A stretch of DNA of 32,246 nucleotides from positions 1 to 32,246 of the IMG/VR virus record IMGVR_UViG_3300032135_000350; one strand, 5' to 3'. Position numbers and translations under genes: made by a program. A model generated the notes under the pieces. It saw nothing but the letters and a program-made list of their open reading frames with translations. It was not told the origin of the DNA and ran no database searches. This DNA comes from a virus. Taxonomy: Duplodnaviria > Caudoviricetes. Shown in pieces: positions 1 to 8,931 of the stretch (position 1 is its first letter; each line of letters begins with the position of its first letter).

Positions 1-315
1 ATGGAGCAACATATATTTGATATATGGGATTCACACGATAAAAAGCTTTATCAAAATTTAAACCAACAAGGGATGGCTGCACATTGTGGTCTTTTGTTAC
101 GAAATGATTGTTATCTGATCCAGCACATCGGCAAAAAAGCATATAACGGTCGAGCCTTGCGACATGGTGATATTGTCAGATCTCTAACTAAAAATGAAAC
201 ATACGTTATTGCTTGGGATAAAGGTTCTTATATATTTCGTGGTAATAATTGTGAACGAGCCATTTATCTGCCAGAAACATACGAAGTTCTTGATAATAAG
301 TTTCAGCAAAGATAA
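1..315 (+). CDS. YopX-family-like protein
   Basis: LIQHIGKKAYNGRALRHGDIV and YEVLDNKF resemble the YopX pattern [21 protein letters not shown]...EVIGNIYE; N-terminal FDIWD resembles FRAWD. Confidence 0.6.
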   Translation: MEQHIFDIWDSHDKKLYQNLNQQGMAAHCGLLLRNDCYLIQHIGKKAYNGRALRHGDIVRSLTKNETYVIAWDKGSYIFRGNNCERAIYLPETYEVLDNKFQQR

Positions 316-357
316 TCTTCATTAGATTTGAAATGCTTCATCACATAGGATTGTGAT

Positions 358-732
358 CTAGTAACTCCAAAAAGAGACGTCCCGTTGATCGCGATTATCA
401 AGATGAACAAATCTTGAATTGCCTTTTTGTGACACGCCTATGCCCCGAAAACCAAACCGTCGTGCTCGCTCAACAATCTGGTACGCCTGATCTCGACTTA
501 CACGGATATCTACGGCCTGCCCTTTCAAGTGCAAACTATCTTTAGCACCGCCAATAGACTTATTGTGAGCATAACATCGATAAGCACTGGATATTGGAAA
601 AGCAAAACCAAGTTCCTCACGCAATTTTATTAGTCTTTCCATAAATGATGGCTTCATTTCACCCCCATCACATTCTAAATTTTTGCAGTGACAACTTAAC
701 TCTGTTTCAGTGAAATACTTATATTCCATCAA
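358..732 (-). CDS. Endolysin, peptidase M15A (Zn D-Ala-D-Ala/L-Ala-D-Glu peptidase fold)
   Basis: SAYRC..HN..IGGAKDSLHLKGQAVDI and FVHLDNR motifs; adjacent to spanins. Confidence 0.9.
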   Translation of the reverse strand: MMEYKYFTETELSCHCKNLECDGGEMKPSFMERLIKLREELGFAFPISSAYRCYAHNKSIGGAKDSLHLKGQAVDIRVSRDQAYQIVERARRFGFRGIGVSQKGNSRFVHLDNRDQRDVSFWSY

Positions 733-950
733 AAAAATTCCTTATCAATATTGCATTGTTTAATTGCGCCTTGCAGCATTAGTGTGTAATCCAATAAGTC
801 GCCTACAGTCTCGGTTGCTAATGGCTCTGGAATAGGCGTAATACGTAATGGCGCATGATTAACTAAAGGGCAATCATTCACCACTCGCACCTCTTTTGAT
901 GAGCAACCAGTAAGCATCAGGTACAACAACATTACGTACATTAGTTTCAT
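729..950 (-). CDS. o-spanin (Rz1-like lipoprotein)
   Basis: Signal peptide with lipobox LTGC, Pro-rich middle, C-terminal CNIDK; overlaps the i-spanin 3' end. Confidence 0.85.
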   Translation of the reverse strand: MKLMYVMLLYLMLTGCSSKEVRVVNDCPLVNHAPLRITPIPEPLATETVGDLLDYTLMLQGAIKQCNIDKEFF

Positions 951-1275
951 CTTTTATATTCCTTAATTCGGTTCTTATCTTGTTTGTATTAATAACTGTT
1001 TTTTCTTTGGCCACTTCACGATCGGATTGTTTTTTTTGTAACTCATAAAACTCGGCAACACGTTTATCGTGGGCATTGGCCAACTCTTCATTAACAGATT
1101 TAAGCCTCGCTGCTTCCTCTTCTTTTACTAACAACTTTTCCTGTAATAAACCATTTTGTTCATGTGAATTTAATAGCAACTTACCCAGGGCGAATGATGA
1201 AGCTAACAGCAAACCAAAAGCTATAAATACCCAGCCTTTTAATGGCATGAAATTTTTAATAAAACTAAACATCAC
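874..1275 (-). CDS. i-spanin (Rz-like)
   Basis: Single N-terminal TM segment, long coiled-coil, C-terminal VVVPD motif; overlaps the lipoprotein gene. Confidence 0.8.
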   Translation of the reverse strand: MMFSFIKNFMPLKGWVFIAFGLLLASSFALGKLLLNSHEQNGLLQEKLLVKEEEAARLKSVNEELANAHDKRVAEFYELQKKQSDREVAKEKTVINTNKIRTELRNIKDETNVRNVVVPDAYWLLIKRGASGE

Positions 1276-1283
1276 ACATCCTT

Positions 1284-1442
1284 TTAGATTGAATCTTGAA
1301 TTTCACCGCCTGAAAAGCTCAATAACTGAACCATTGCTTTAAAGAAAATTTCGCCATCAAGATAGCCTGTGAATAGTGCTGCAGAAATAACAGCTGCAAA
1401 AAAACAAACCAGCCAAAACTGTCTATTTTTAAATTTATTCAT
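1284..1442 (-). CDS. Small membrane protein, putative holin/antiholin (52 aa, not in ORF track)
   Basis: Hand translation MNKFKNRQFWLVCFFAAVISAALFTGYLDGEIFFKAMVQLLSFSGGEIQDSI: basic N-terminus plus TM; fills the gap just upstream of the spanins. Confidence 0.6.
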   Translation of the reverse strand: MNKFKNRQFWLVCFFAAVISAALFTGYLDGEIFFKAMVQLLSFSGGEIQDSI

Positions 1443-1455
1443 AAATAACACTCAT

Positions 1456-1476
1456 AAAAAAACCACTTTCGTGGCT
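1456..1476 (-). terminator. Intrinsic terminator
   Basis: Minus strand GCCAC-GAAA-GTGGT followed by a T-tract. Confidence 0.7.
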
Positions 1477-1487
1477 CTATTTTTAAT

Positions 1488-2084
1488 CTAATCCGTTACT
1501 GATATCAGCGCCCTGATATCGGCTAATCTAACTAAGATATCGTCGCGTTCTGTATAAAGAGAATCAAGACCTGCCATTGATTTTCGAGTGTCTTGATAGT
1601 TATTCATCAAATTAATAAAGCGGTCTATCGCACCCAATGCTTGTTTTTTTGTCGAATTAGGAAAGTTATTACGCGCAATTGTTTCAGCTAGAACGGGACA
1701 CTTTTCCAAATCTGCCACATCTTCAAACCCTGTTACATCGATCACAAAATCAGTTAAAGGTATTTTAAAAAATTCGCGTACTGTGTCGGGTTGATAAATA
1801 CCATTAATCGATCCAATGTCTGCATTTGAAGGCGTCCATGTTGCTAGCGTGTTTTTCTCTATAACTTCGCTTGGCCTTCCCGTGCTGACATATTTATATT
1901 GAATAAGTGAGTGAATCGTATCTTGGTTTTTATCAAAGTCGTCTGTTTGTAATCTGATCTTTGCATCAGCAACACGCTCAACTTGAACAAATTGCATTGT
2001 GAAGCCGGGACACTGATCTGCATAAGCACTCATGCTGAAAAGTGTCATGAATAATATTAAAAGTGATTTCATGTAAAGTCTCAT
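1488..2084 (-). CDS. Hypothetical protein with Sec-type signal peptide
   Basis: MKSLLILFMTLFSMSAYA-D: hydrophobic core plus AxA cleavage motif. Confidence 0.7.
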   Translation of the reverse strand: MRLYMKSLLILFMTLFSMSAYADQCPGFTMQFVQVERVADAKIRLQTDDFDKNQDTIHSLIQYKYVSTGRPSEVIEKNTLATWTPSNADIGSINGIYQPDTVREFFKIPLTDFVIDVTGFEDVADLEKCPVLAETIARNNFPNSTKKQALGAIDRFINLMNNYQDTRKSMAGLDSLYTERDDILVRLADIRALISVTD

Positions 2085-2096
2085 TTATTTAGACGT

Positions 2097-2117
2097 AAAA
2101 AAACCGCTTTCGCGGCG
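2097..2117 (-). terminator. Intrinsic terminator
   Basis: Minus strand GCCGC-GAAA-GCGGT followed by a T-tract. Confidence 0.7.
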
Positions 2118-2136
2118 TGTATTAGCTATGTTTTGT

Positions 2137-3165
2137 TTAATCAAAAAAGAAGAAAGCATCCATGGAGCTGCTTATATTTAAACCCTCTACTGAGTTTTGT
2201 GTCGGACAATCAACCGTTGCCACATAAGCGCCTAAGGTATAACCAGTGGCTACTGAGCCGCCCGTTATTGTGTGCGAATAAATAGCGCATTTATGTAGGG
2301 TTGAAATACCCGAATAATTTTCTGAGAATAAAAACAAATGTGAATTGGTCATTGCTACTGTTGATAAAACCGATCCGGTATGCGACGTTAACTCATCTCC
2401 ATCTATCGTCACGGTTGCTATATTCAGCCCTTCGTTATTAAATACTTTAAGAACGTGATCACCGCCAACAACGCCCTCTACTGCAAAATCAATCACAATG
2501 CATGCGTTACTGCACACAGCGGGTGTAAACATAGATGAATGGTCATTAACTAAGTCGGTAGTAGAAAGGTACGTCCCATCAACATTCGTTATCACTACAC
2601 TGTCTATGCCATTGCTGTCAGGATTCGGATTTGCTCGCTGACTAAATGAGACAATAATATTATTATTTGCAACCATTTGCCTATGCGCTGAATTGGCATA
2701 TGCCATTGAGAAACTATCTACAAATACACCAGCATGCGTGTATCTCTCAATATCTCTATTATTCTTGAATACAATTATGTGATTCGTATTCGTGTAAACA
2801 CATTCGACGGGTGCCAATGTCGTTAATAAGATTTCAGGATAGTTCTTATATATATCCGTCATTCCTCTTTCAGCGCCATAAACCACTTGATTCAAGATAC
2901 CTAATCCAGCATTACCGCCTGCATTGCTCACGTAATCTGGCGCTGATCCAATGCCATCAAAACGATATACATCATCATCAGTTACACCGTAACCCCGCAT
3001 TCTAACGTACAGGAATTGCTCAGTCTCAACACTATCCGTATCCGCCACTGATGCATAGCCGATCGAGCTGTCAATACTTGGCCTTTTGGCTGGCAACTTA
3101 AGTCGCTTGCGCTCATCAAAGCGAATTAAACTATTTAAATCTTTGATTGTTTTCTTGTCAGCCAT
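2137..3165 (-). CDS. Putative tail-associated / receptor-binding protein
   Basis: Translationally coupled to the tail-tip gene; basic N-terminal arm followed by a beta-rich, possibly propeller-like body. Confidence 0.55.
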   Translation of the reverse strand: MADKKTIKDLNSLIRFDERKRLKLPAKRPSIDSSIGYASVADTDSVETEQFLYVRMRGYGVTDDDVYRFDGIGSAPDYVSNAGGNAGLGILNQVVYGAERGMTDIYKNYPEILLTTLAPVECVYTNTNHIIVFKNNRDIERYTHAGVFVDSFSMAYANSAHRQMVANNNIIVSFSQRANPNPDSNGIDSVVITNVDGTYLSTTDLVNDHSSMFTPAVCSNACIVIDFAVEGVVGGDHVLKVFNNEGLNIATVTIDGDELTSHTGSVLSTVAMTNSHLFLFSENYSGISTLHKCAIYSHTITGGSVATGYTLGAYVATVDCPTQNSVEGLNISSSMDAFFFFD

Positions 3166-5852
3166 TAGCTCACCGTAATTGTTAACGTTTCATCGGGTAT
3201 ATTGAATTGATAAGATTGTGTTTTTATCGCATCAACATGATCGATAGAATCTTGATTTATCGCTGGCGTAACCACCTTGAACCTTCTTGTATAGAACTGA
3301 TCAGCTGAAGGTGAGCCGTAAACAAAAGAATAATTTCCTGTAAAGCCATCCCAGTTTTCATCATAATCAGGTACTGAATCATCACCACCAATATGTGTAT
3401 CAAGCGTTGTTGATCTATCTGCTGCGATTGATTCTGGATCTGAATCTGGCGGCGTAGGTGGTGTGATAGCGTCATCAATAATCAAGCTAGCACCGCCGTT
3501 TAATGATATTGCAATATCAATTGTCGTCGTCGCTTGGCCTGAATCTATATCCATATCATGTACAAACTTAAACACCTTGCCTTGACCAACAACACCATCA
3601 GCATCAAACCGAACAGTATGGAATCGCTCAAGCATAGGCACTAATAACACAGTGGCCACCACATGATTAGCACGATGGCTTTCTAATATTTCAGTCTTGG
3701 CGCGTGCAATTAAGGTTGTAATATCATTATCTGATGTACCTCGACTAAACTTATCTTGAACCACATCACCAATACTATTTATTCGACCTGAAGGTGTTAT
3801 ATTGCCATCGCTCCAACCACTTGAATCATAGGCCGTTTCATTGCTGGCCTGTTCTGAATAAGCCACTTCACCCAGCCAAGTGATCGACTGTGGCGCTTGA
3901 ATAATTAACGTGTAATTTTCAGTTATTTCTTGATCCCAACGTTTTGATGCCTTCCATTTTGCACCAAGCGCTAATAAATCACGGACTTCATCAGTAACTG
4001 ACCAGGCAAAACCACCGCCACAAGGATCTGCCGAACTGGGGATTAACGACTGCAAATCTATAGCGCCATTAACAAGCCAGCCAGCACTATTAACTGCCGA
4101 CCGCACCATATCTTTTGTTGGTAACTCATGCGATTTAGCAAAATACGGACAAAACTTTAGCCCCCAATTAAATTGGTGGCTACGGTGATGCAACCGCGTA
4201 AACCGATAACTGTAATCAATCGTATAACTATTAAATAAATCTCGACGTGGTGCGATTGAATAACTAATTGAATTATCAATAATCGAACCGCTATCAAAAT
4301 CAAAATCTGGTGTTAATTTTGCCGCCCAATTAACTAATGTACCTGTTACACCATCTGCATTAAAATCATAACTTTTTGACGTTGTAGAAATTACATTTTC
4401 AAAATAAAGCCAGCCATCTTTATACTCACCAAATACAGCCGTTGAGTAACGTGAGCCAAGAATAAGCGCATCAATTTGTGGCTGAATCATTGCTTCAAGC
4501 TTGCCTTGCATATCATCCGTGCAATCAAACGCCGTTAAATGGGTGATTGGATCATACAAAGCCTGATCAACAATACCTGTGAATATATTGTTGATTGATA
4601 ATGTATTGCCAACACCATCGACCGTTTTATAATCGATCGCAACGCTCACGCCAAGCCAGTCACCCGCGCTAATACTGCCCATTGATGGCTGATATAAAAA
4701 ACTAGCGATTCGACTTGTTGATTCTTCTGCTTCAACGCTTGCATTACCCGTAATTTTACTCGATACATCAACACCATCTAACGTAACTACCAGCGTCCAG
4801 TTAGTGCCTAAATGGGGCTCATCTGCACTGCCATACGGCACATCTGTTATTGTAATAACAAAGCTTTGTTGTGCTGATTCTGGTGCAACAGTCGCGGTTA
4901 CCGTTACGCTATAAACATTATTTAAACCACTGTCTTGCGGGTTTTCAAAATCGGGCGCAGCTATAAATGACAAAATACCCGAAATGCTATCAACTTCAAA
5001 TAACGCCGCATCATCACCATCCGTTATTGAATAAACTGCACTTGCAGCAATAACCGTAGTCACTTCTTTACTGTTTTCAGCAAGCGTTAAATCAACACTG
5101 CTTGCACCGCTATGGCTTGTTATTACAACATCAGCATTGGTCACAATAATAGTCAGTGCTTGTGAATCAGATGCACTATCATCACTAGCAATAACGTCAA
5201 TGTGATATTGATTAACTTGACCCGCATCTGTTGGGTTTTCGTAATCCGGTGGCGTTATAAAGCTAAGCACGCCCGTTGATGAATCGATCGTGAATTTTCC
5301 ATCATCCATACCCGATATCGAATAAGTTAAAACATCGTCATCATCATCAGTAGCCGTAACAGTTGTAACTGGTCCGGTTCCATTTTCAGCATAATTAATT
5401 GAAGCCGTAGCACCGCCGCCATTGCTCGTAATGACCGGCGCAGCATTAGCTGATCCCGATAACGCAAAATAACCGCTAACAGTATTTCTTGGTATGGTTG
5501 CCCTATCAATCCACGTAACACCGTCTACCGATGTTTGAATGATCGTCTGGCCTAAGCCGCGTGGCGAACTGACATAAACTTGTTCTGCATCTGTCTCATT
5601 ACCCGCGCCGACATCATAACCAATGTAAATCGGATAAGGCTCTTGGTAATCGGCATACCAAACATAGCTACTGCCACCAAACGCCGCGTCAGGTGTGTAA
5701 TAACTGGGTGTAGAGAATGGCACACCGCCCACGCATATATTCGTTCCGAAGGGCGTGGCATTAAACGCGATATCTTTAACTTCAGCCGCATTACCCGCAA
5801 TATTATTGAAGTCAGTAGTTATTTTTAACCTAAAAAAACGATACGCAGCCAT
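3165..5852 (-). CDS. Tail tip/hub protein with N-terminal discoidin-like domain and two cadherin-like repeats
   Basis: Position after tape measure and Dit; YRFFRL..AAFGG..W..TSVDGVTW; two repeats with xENx..VTTV.A, YSI.G.D..F.IDS.SG.LSF...PD(Y/F)ENP.D. Confidence 0.75.
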   Translation of the reverse strand: MAAYRFFRLKITTDFNNIAGNAAEVKDIAFNATPFGTNICVGGVPFSTPSYYTPDAAFGGSSYVWYADYQEPYPIYIGYDVGAGNETDAEQVYVSSPRGLGQTIIQTSVDGVTWIDRATIPRNTVSGYFALSGSANAAPVITSNGGGATASINYAENGTGPVTTVTATDDDDDVLTYSISGMDDGKFTIDSSTGVLSFITPPDYENPTDAGQVNQYHIDVIASDDSASDSQALTIIVTNADVVITSHSGASSVDLTLAENSKEVTTVIAASAVYSITDGDDAALFEVDSISGILSFIAAPDFENPQDSGLNNVYSVTVTATVAPESAQQSFVITITDVPYGSADEPHLGTNWTLVVTLDGVDVSSKITGNASVEAEESTSRIASFLYQPSMGSISAGDWLGVSVAIDYKTVDGVGNTLSINNIFTGIVDQALYDPITHLTAFDCTDDMQGKLEAMIQPQIDALILGSRYSTAVFGEYKDGWLYFENVISTTSKSYDFNADGVTGTLVNWAAKLTPDFDFDSGSIIDNSISYSIAPRRDLFNSYTIDYSYRFTRLHHRSHQFNWGLKFCPYFAKSHELPTKDMVRSAVNSAGWLVNGAIDLQSLIPSSADPCGGGFAWSVTDEVRDLLALGAKWKASKRWDQEITENYTLIIQAPQSITWLGEVAYSEQASNETAYDSSGWSDGNITPSGRINSIGDVVQDKFSRGTSDNDITTLIARAKTEILESHRANHVVATVLLVPMLERFHTVRFDADGVVGQGKVFKFVHDMDIDSGQATTTIDIAISLNGGASLIIDDAITPPTPPDSDPESIAADRSTTLDTHIGGDDSVPDYDENWDGFTGNYSFVYGSPSADQFYTRRFKVVTPAINQDSIDHVDAIKTQSYQFNIPDETLTITVS

Positions 5853-5971
5853 TAGTTTCGCGCCTTGATAATTACACCGTGTTTAACGGCGCGATCTTTA
5901 ATAGAATCCATAAAATGGACTAGTGGACGATACAGAAACTTGTACCACCATTTGTATTGAACGAAAATCAT
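5852..5971 (-). CDS. 39-aa micro-protein (not in ORF track)
   Basis: MIFVQYKWWYKFLYRPLVHFMDSIKDRAVKHGVIIKARN; ATGA overlap upstream and TAATG overlap downstream fill the gap exactly. Confidence 0.6.
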   Translation of the reverse strand: MIFVQYKWWYKFLYRPLVHFMDSIKDRAVKHGVIIKARN

Positions 5972-6477
5972 ATTTCTTCACCCGTAAACGACCAGCCATA
6001 ATCAGCACTACGAACGCCACGTGTTTCACTTTGTGGATCACAAAAACACACCAACTCAGGCCAATAAATAGCCTGGTATAAAGTCGCACCCACAACAGCA
6101 GTCAAAGTGGCCACATCACCATCCATCACCACTGGTGTTTTTACTGGATTAATACCAACAAACGCCCTACCCTCAACACCATAATCAGCTCGTCTCGCAC
6201 TCGGCACATCAATCACATTTGAAGGACTCGAAATAGCCCTTTCAGCAACACCTTTTATGATAATTGATTGTGAGTAATCTAACCCCTGCAAACCAACAGG
6301 GAAAACCCCATCACCTGATATCTCAGTGCTAAGCTTATTACTCCACGATGTTTGTTGTTTTAATGCCCCGTTGGCCATTCGCAAACGATTAGTGGCTTGA
6401 ATAGGTGTATAACTTTGGCTAAGTACATGTGAAGCCCTAACGGGTATCTCAATGCCACCGATTATTAATGTTCTCAT
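5968..6477 (-). CDS. Distal tail-like / minor tail protein
   Basis: Immediately after tape measure; RMANG motif and terminal WSFTGEEI typical of this slot. Confidence 0.65.
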   Translation of the reverse strand: MRTLIIGGIEIPVRASHVLSQSYTPIQATNRLRMANGALKQQTSWSNKLSTEISGDGVFPVGLQGLDYSQSIIIKGVAERAISSPSNVIDVPSARRADYGVEGRAFVGINPVKTPVVMDGDVATLTAVVGATLYQAIYWPELVCFCDPQSETRGVRSADYGWSFTGEEI

Positions 6478-8294
6478 CGTTTGCCTCGTTTTGTGGCTTC
6501 TTTAGCTATGTCTTTTTGCCAGTTCGCCATGCCTTGAGCATCGCCATAAACTTCTTGTTGTGAGCCATTTGGAAGATTTATTGTGGTTTTTGTCATGCTA
6601 CTCAAACCATCTGAACGCTGGGTTGCTTCATTGGGAACAATCGCGGGGTTGATCGTAGGTAGCTCTGCTTTACCAGCATTTAACGTATTTTGTAATTGTG
6701 GTGCACCTGCAGCTGCTTGATTAACCACGACTTGTTGTACTAATGGATTAGAATCAAGAAACTGTTGCATTGCTGCATTACCTTCTGCCGCTTGTTGAAC
6801 GGCGCTCGTAATGTCGATCGCTATTTTTGATTCTAAATCTGTAACGGGCGCCTTACTAACCTCTTCGCCAACCCGTGCCAGGCTATTACCCAAGCCTTCA
6901 AGTACCGTACTAGATTCTGTACCAGCTGCTTTCATGGCGTCGAGAATATCGTAAGCTGCTTCTAATTTTTTCACCGCGCCATCAATATCACCATTTTTTA
7001 GTGATTGCTGTGCTTGCAGCTCTAAATATCCAACATCATTGGTATCGGCTTTAGCGAGATCTATTGGCGCGCTATTTAAACTAGAATTTCTATCTTTGAA
7101 CTGTTTTGAAATATCATCTGACTTTTTAAGCGCTTTCTTCATTTCTGAATCAAGTGTTTTAAGTCTTTCTCTTACATTATCGACACTTTCTTTAATTTTC
7201 TCATCAGCTTGTATAATAGGTGATGCAATTTGCTGGCTTATCTCATCAGATTTTGAAGCTATATTTTTTGGCACTTCACGCCATATAGAATCAATAGTGG
7301 CCATGTCACCTGCAACTGAATCACTAGCATCTGAGAATGAATCACCTATAGCTTTACCAGCCTGAGTAAATTCACCCTTTGATGCTAGCACGACCGCAGC
7401 TGCAACCCCTGCCAGAACTTTACCGACCGAACTAAATACTGCCTTAAGTATCACAGCGCCCGTTGCAATCACCTTCATCACATTACCTAAAAACGAGAGC
7501 GCATTAGCAAGTCCATTACTATCTTTCGCCCACTGAACCATTGCGATCGTTACCGCTTCAATCCTCGGCATGGCTTGGGCAATAACGCGTAAAAACACAC
7601 CTTCCATTGCTGTTTTTAAGCGCGTCATATTATCGTTGGTTCTTTCAGCCGCCGCCGTTAACTTACCATCCATCGTAATGCCAAAGGCATCAGCCTCAGC
7701 AGCCATTTCACGTAAGCCTTTTGCACCTTGATTCAAAAACGGAATCATTTGAACGCCTGCTTTACCAAACAATATTTGTGCTAATGCAGCTTTAGTTGCG
7801 CCATCTTCCATTTGTGAAAACTGCTCGGCAACATCAATCATCACCTGCTCAGTGTCACGTAACTTGCCAGTAGGATCGACAATGGCAATACCTAGCGCAT
7901 CAAATGCATCGGCTTGGCTTTTCATGCCCTGATCTGCATCAAACATAGCCCGTTGTAACCTGCCAACACCCTTTGTCATTGCCTCAAAACTAACGCCTGA
8001 CAAATCAGCCCCGTATCGCAAGCGCGATAGAGTTTCTACCGTTAATCCTGTTGACTGACTCAGCTTGCCCATTTCATCAGCGAGATCAATTGTACGTCGT
8101 GCCATTGTCGCCAATAACCCAGCCGTAGCAGCCAACCCTATGGCCGCTAACTTAGCAAAGTTGCTAAGCGCTTTCTTACTACTATTTGCTGCTTTTTCAA
8201 ATAATGAAAGTTTATTATTGGCTTTATCAAGATCTCGATGCAGCTTTGCACTTTCAGCCTCTAGTTTTACAACTAGTTTTGCTAAGTCAGTCAT
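6474..8294 (-). CDS. Tail tape measure protein
   Basis: MTDLAKLVVKLEAES N-terminus, Ala-rich helical composition, follows the tail chaperones. Confidence 0.9.
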   Translation of the reverse strand: MTDLAKLVVKLEAESAKLHRDLDKANNKLSLFEKAANSSKKALSNFAKLAAIGLAATAGLLATMARRTIDLADEMGKLSQSTGLTVETLSRLRYGADLSGVSFEAMTKGVGRLQRAMFDADQGMKSQADAFDALGIAIVDPTGKLRDTEQVMIDVAEQFSQMEDGATKAALAQILFGKAGVQMIPFLNQGAKGLREMAAEADAFGITMDGKLTAAAERTNDNMTRLKTAMEGVFLRVIAQAMPRIEAVTIAMVQWAKDSNGLANALSFLGNVMKVIATGAVILKAVFSSVGKVLAGVAAAVVLASKGEFTQAGKAIGDSFSDASDSVAGDMATIDSIWREVPKNIASKSDEISQQIASPIIQADEKIKESVDNVRERLKTLDSEMKKALKKSDDISKQFKDRNSSLNSAPIDLAKADTNDVGYLELQAQQSLKNGDIDGAVKKLEAAYDILDAMKAAGTESSTVLEGLGNSLARVGEEVSKAPVTDLESKIAIDITSAVQQAAEGNAAMQQFLDSNPLVQQVVVNQAAAGAPQLQNTLNAGKAELPTINPAIVPNEATQRSDGLSSMTKTTINLPNGSQQEVYGDAQGMANWQKDIAKEATKRGKR

Positions 8295-8581
8295 GTTTTA
8301 GTTACCGCAAATCGTGAAAGAACTGAGAACAAAGCAGAATGATCAACTTGTTGCTCATCAGATTTATGCTTGAGCATAAAATCGCCCGCTGTAAATGGTT
8401 TTTGATTTTTTGATCTATTAACGTTGGCAATGGTTGAACAAATAAGTCCGGCATGAATATTGTCTCTATTCGCCCCAAACGGCTCTATCGAATAGTACGC
8501 CATGGCCTCTGCCATCAATGACCCCGACATATTTTCCAGTTCATATATCGGGGTTGACCACGCAACAGAAAGCCGCCACAT
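8291..8581 (-). CDS. Tail assembly chaperone gpT part (likely made as a G-T -1 frameshift fusion)
   Basis: YYSIEPFG..RD.IHAG.I.S.IAN..R...KPF...DFM motif; -1 frame open back to the slippery site. Confidence 0.8.
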   Translation of the reverse strand: MWRLSVAWSTPIYELENMSGSLMAEAMAYYSIEPFGANRDNIHAGLICSTIANVNRSKNQKPFTAGDFMLKHKSDEQQVDHSALFSVLSRFAVTKT

Positions 8582-8604
8582 AAAAAGTCGGTAAGGGTTA
8601 TTGG

Positions 8605-8931
8605 CTAAGGCTTTTTTTCAACTTCAGCCTTCACCTCATCATCACCTACTAAGCCCGATAGAATAAGCACCGCCATCATCATGGGTGTTTTCACCGAATC
8701 ACTTAAACTTTGCACACCGATAACATCATCAGCATCATCTAAACTATAATCATCAAAACCATGCAAAATAACAAAGTCAGTCGCCTCACCTCGTTTGAAT
8801 GCATCACCATAGCCAGCGCGTGCTTTGGCACTTAATTCCGTCATTGCCAGCTGCTCACCATCGGGCAAAGTGAACACCTCTTTTTTAACCGCATAACGGT
8901 CAAATAACTTTTTCTTTTGTGATTTATTCAT
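8605..8931 (-). CDS. Tail assembly chaperone gpG-like
   Basis: Lies between tail tube and gpT; ends in EKKP with a slippery heptamer. Confidence 0.8.
   Translation of the reverse strand: MNKSQKKKLFDRYAVKKEVFTLPDGEQLAMTELSAKARAGYGDAFKRGEATDFVILHGFDDYSLDDADDVIGVQSLSDSVKTPMMMAVLILSGLVGDDEVKAEVEKKP
8611..8617 (-). other. Programmed -1 frameshift heptamer A AAA AAG
   Basis: GAA AAA AAG CCT TAG; the -1 frame reads ...EKKALANNPYRLFMWRLSVAW, in frame with 8291..8581. Confidence 0.85.

Noticed and set aside
1-357. attL/attR core at the left boundary
   Set aside because: No partner repeat or tRNA end visible in the window; whether the YopX-like gene is phage or host cannot be decided
2137-5852. Diversity-generating retroelement or invertible tail-fibre switch
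   Set aside because: No reverse transcriptase, invertase, TR/VR pair or flanking inverted repeats seen
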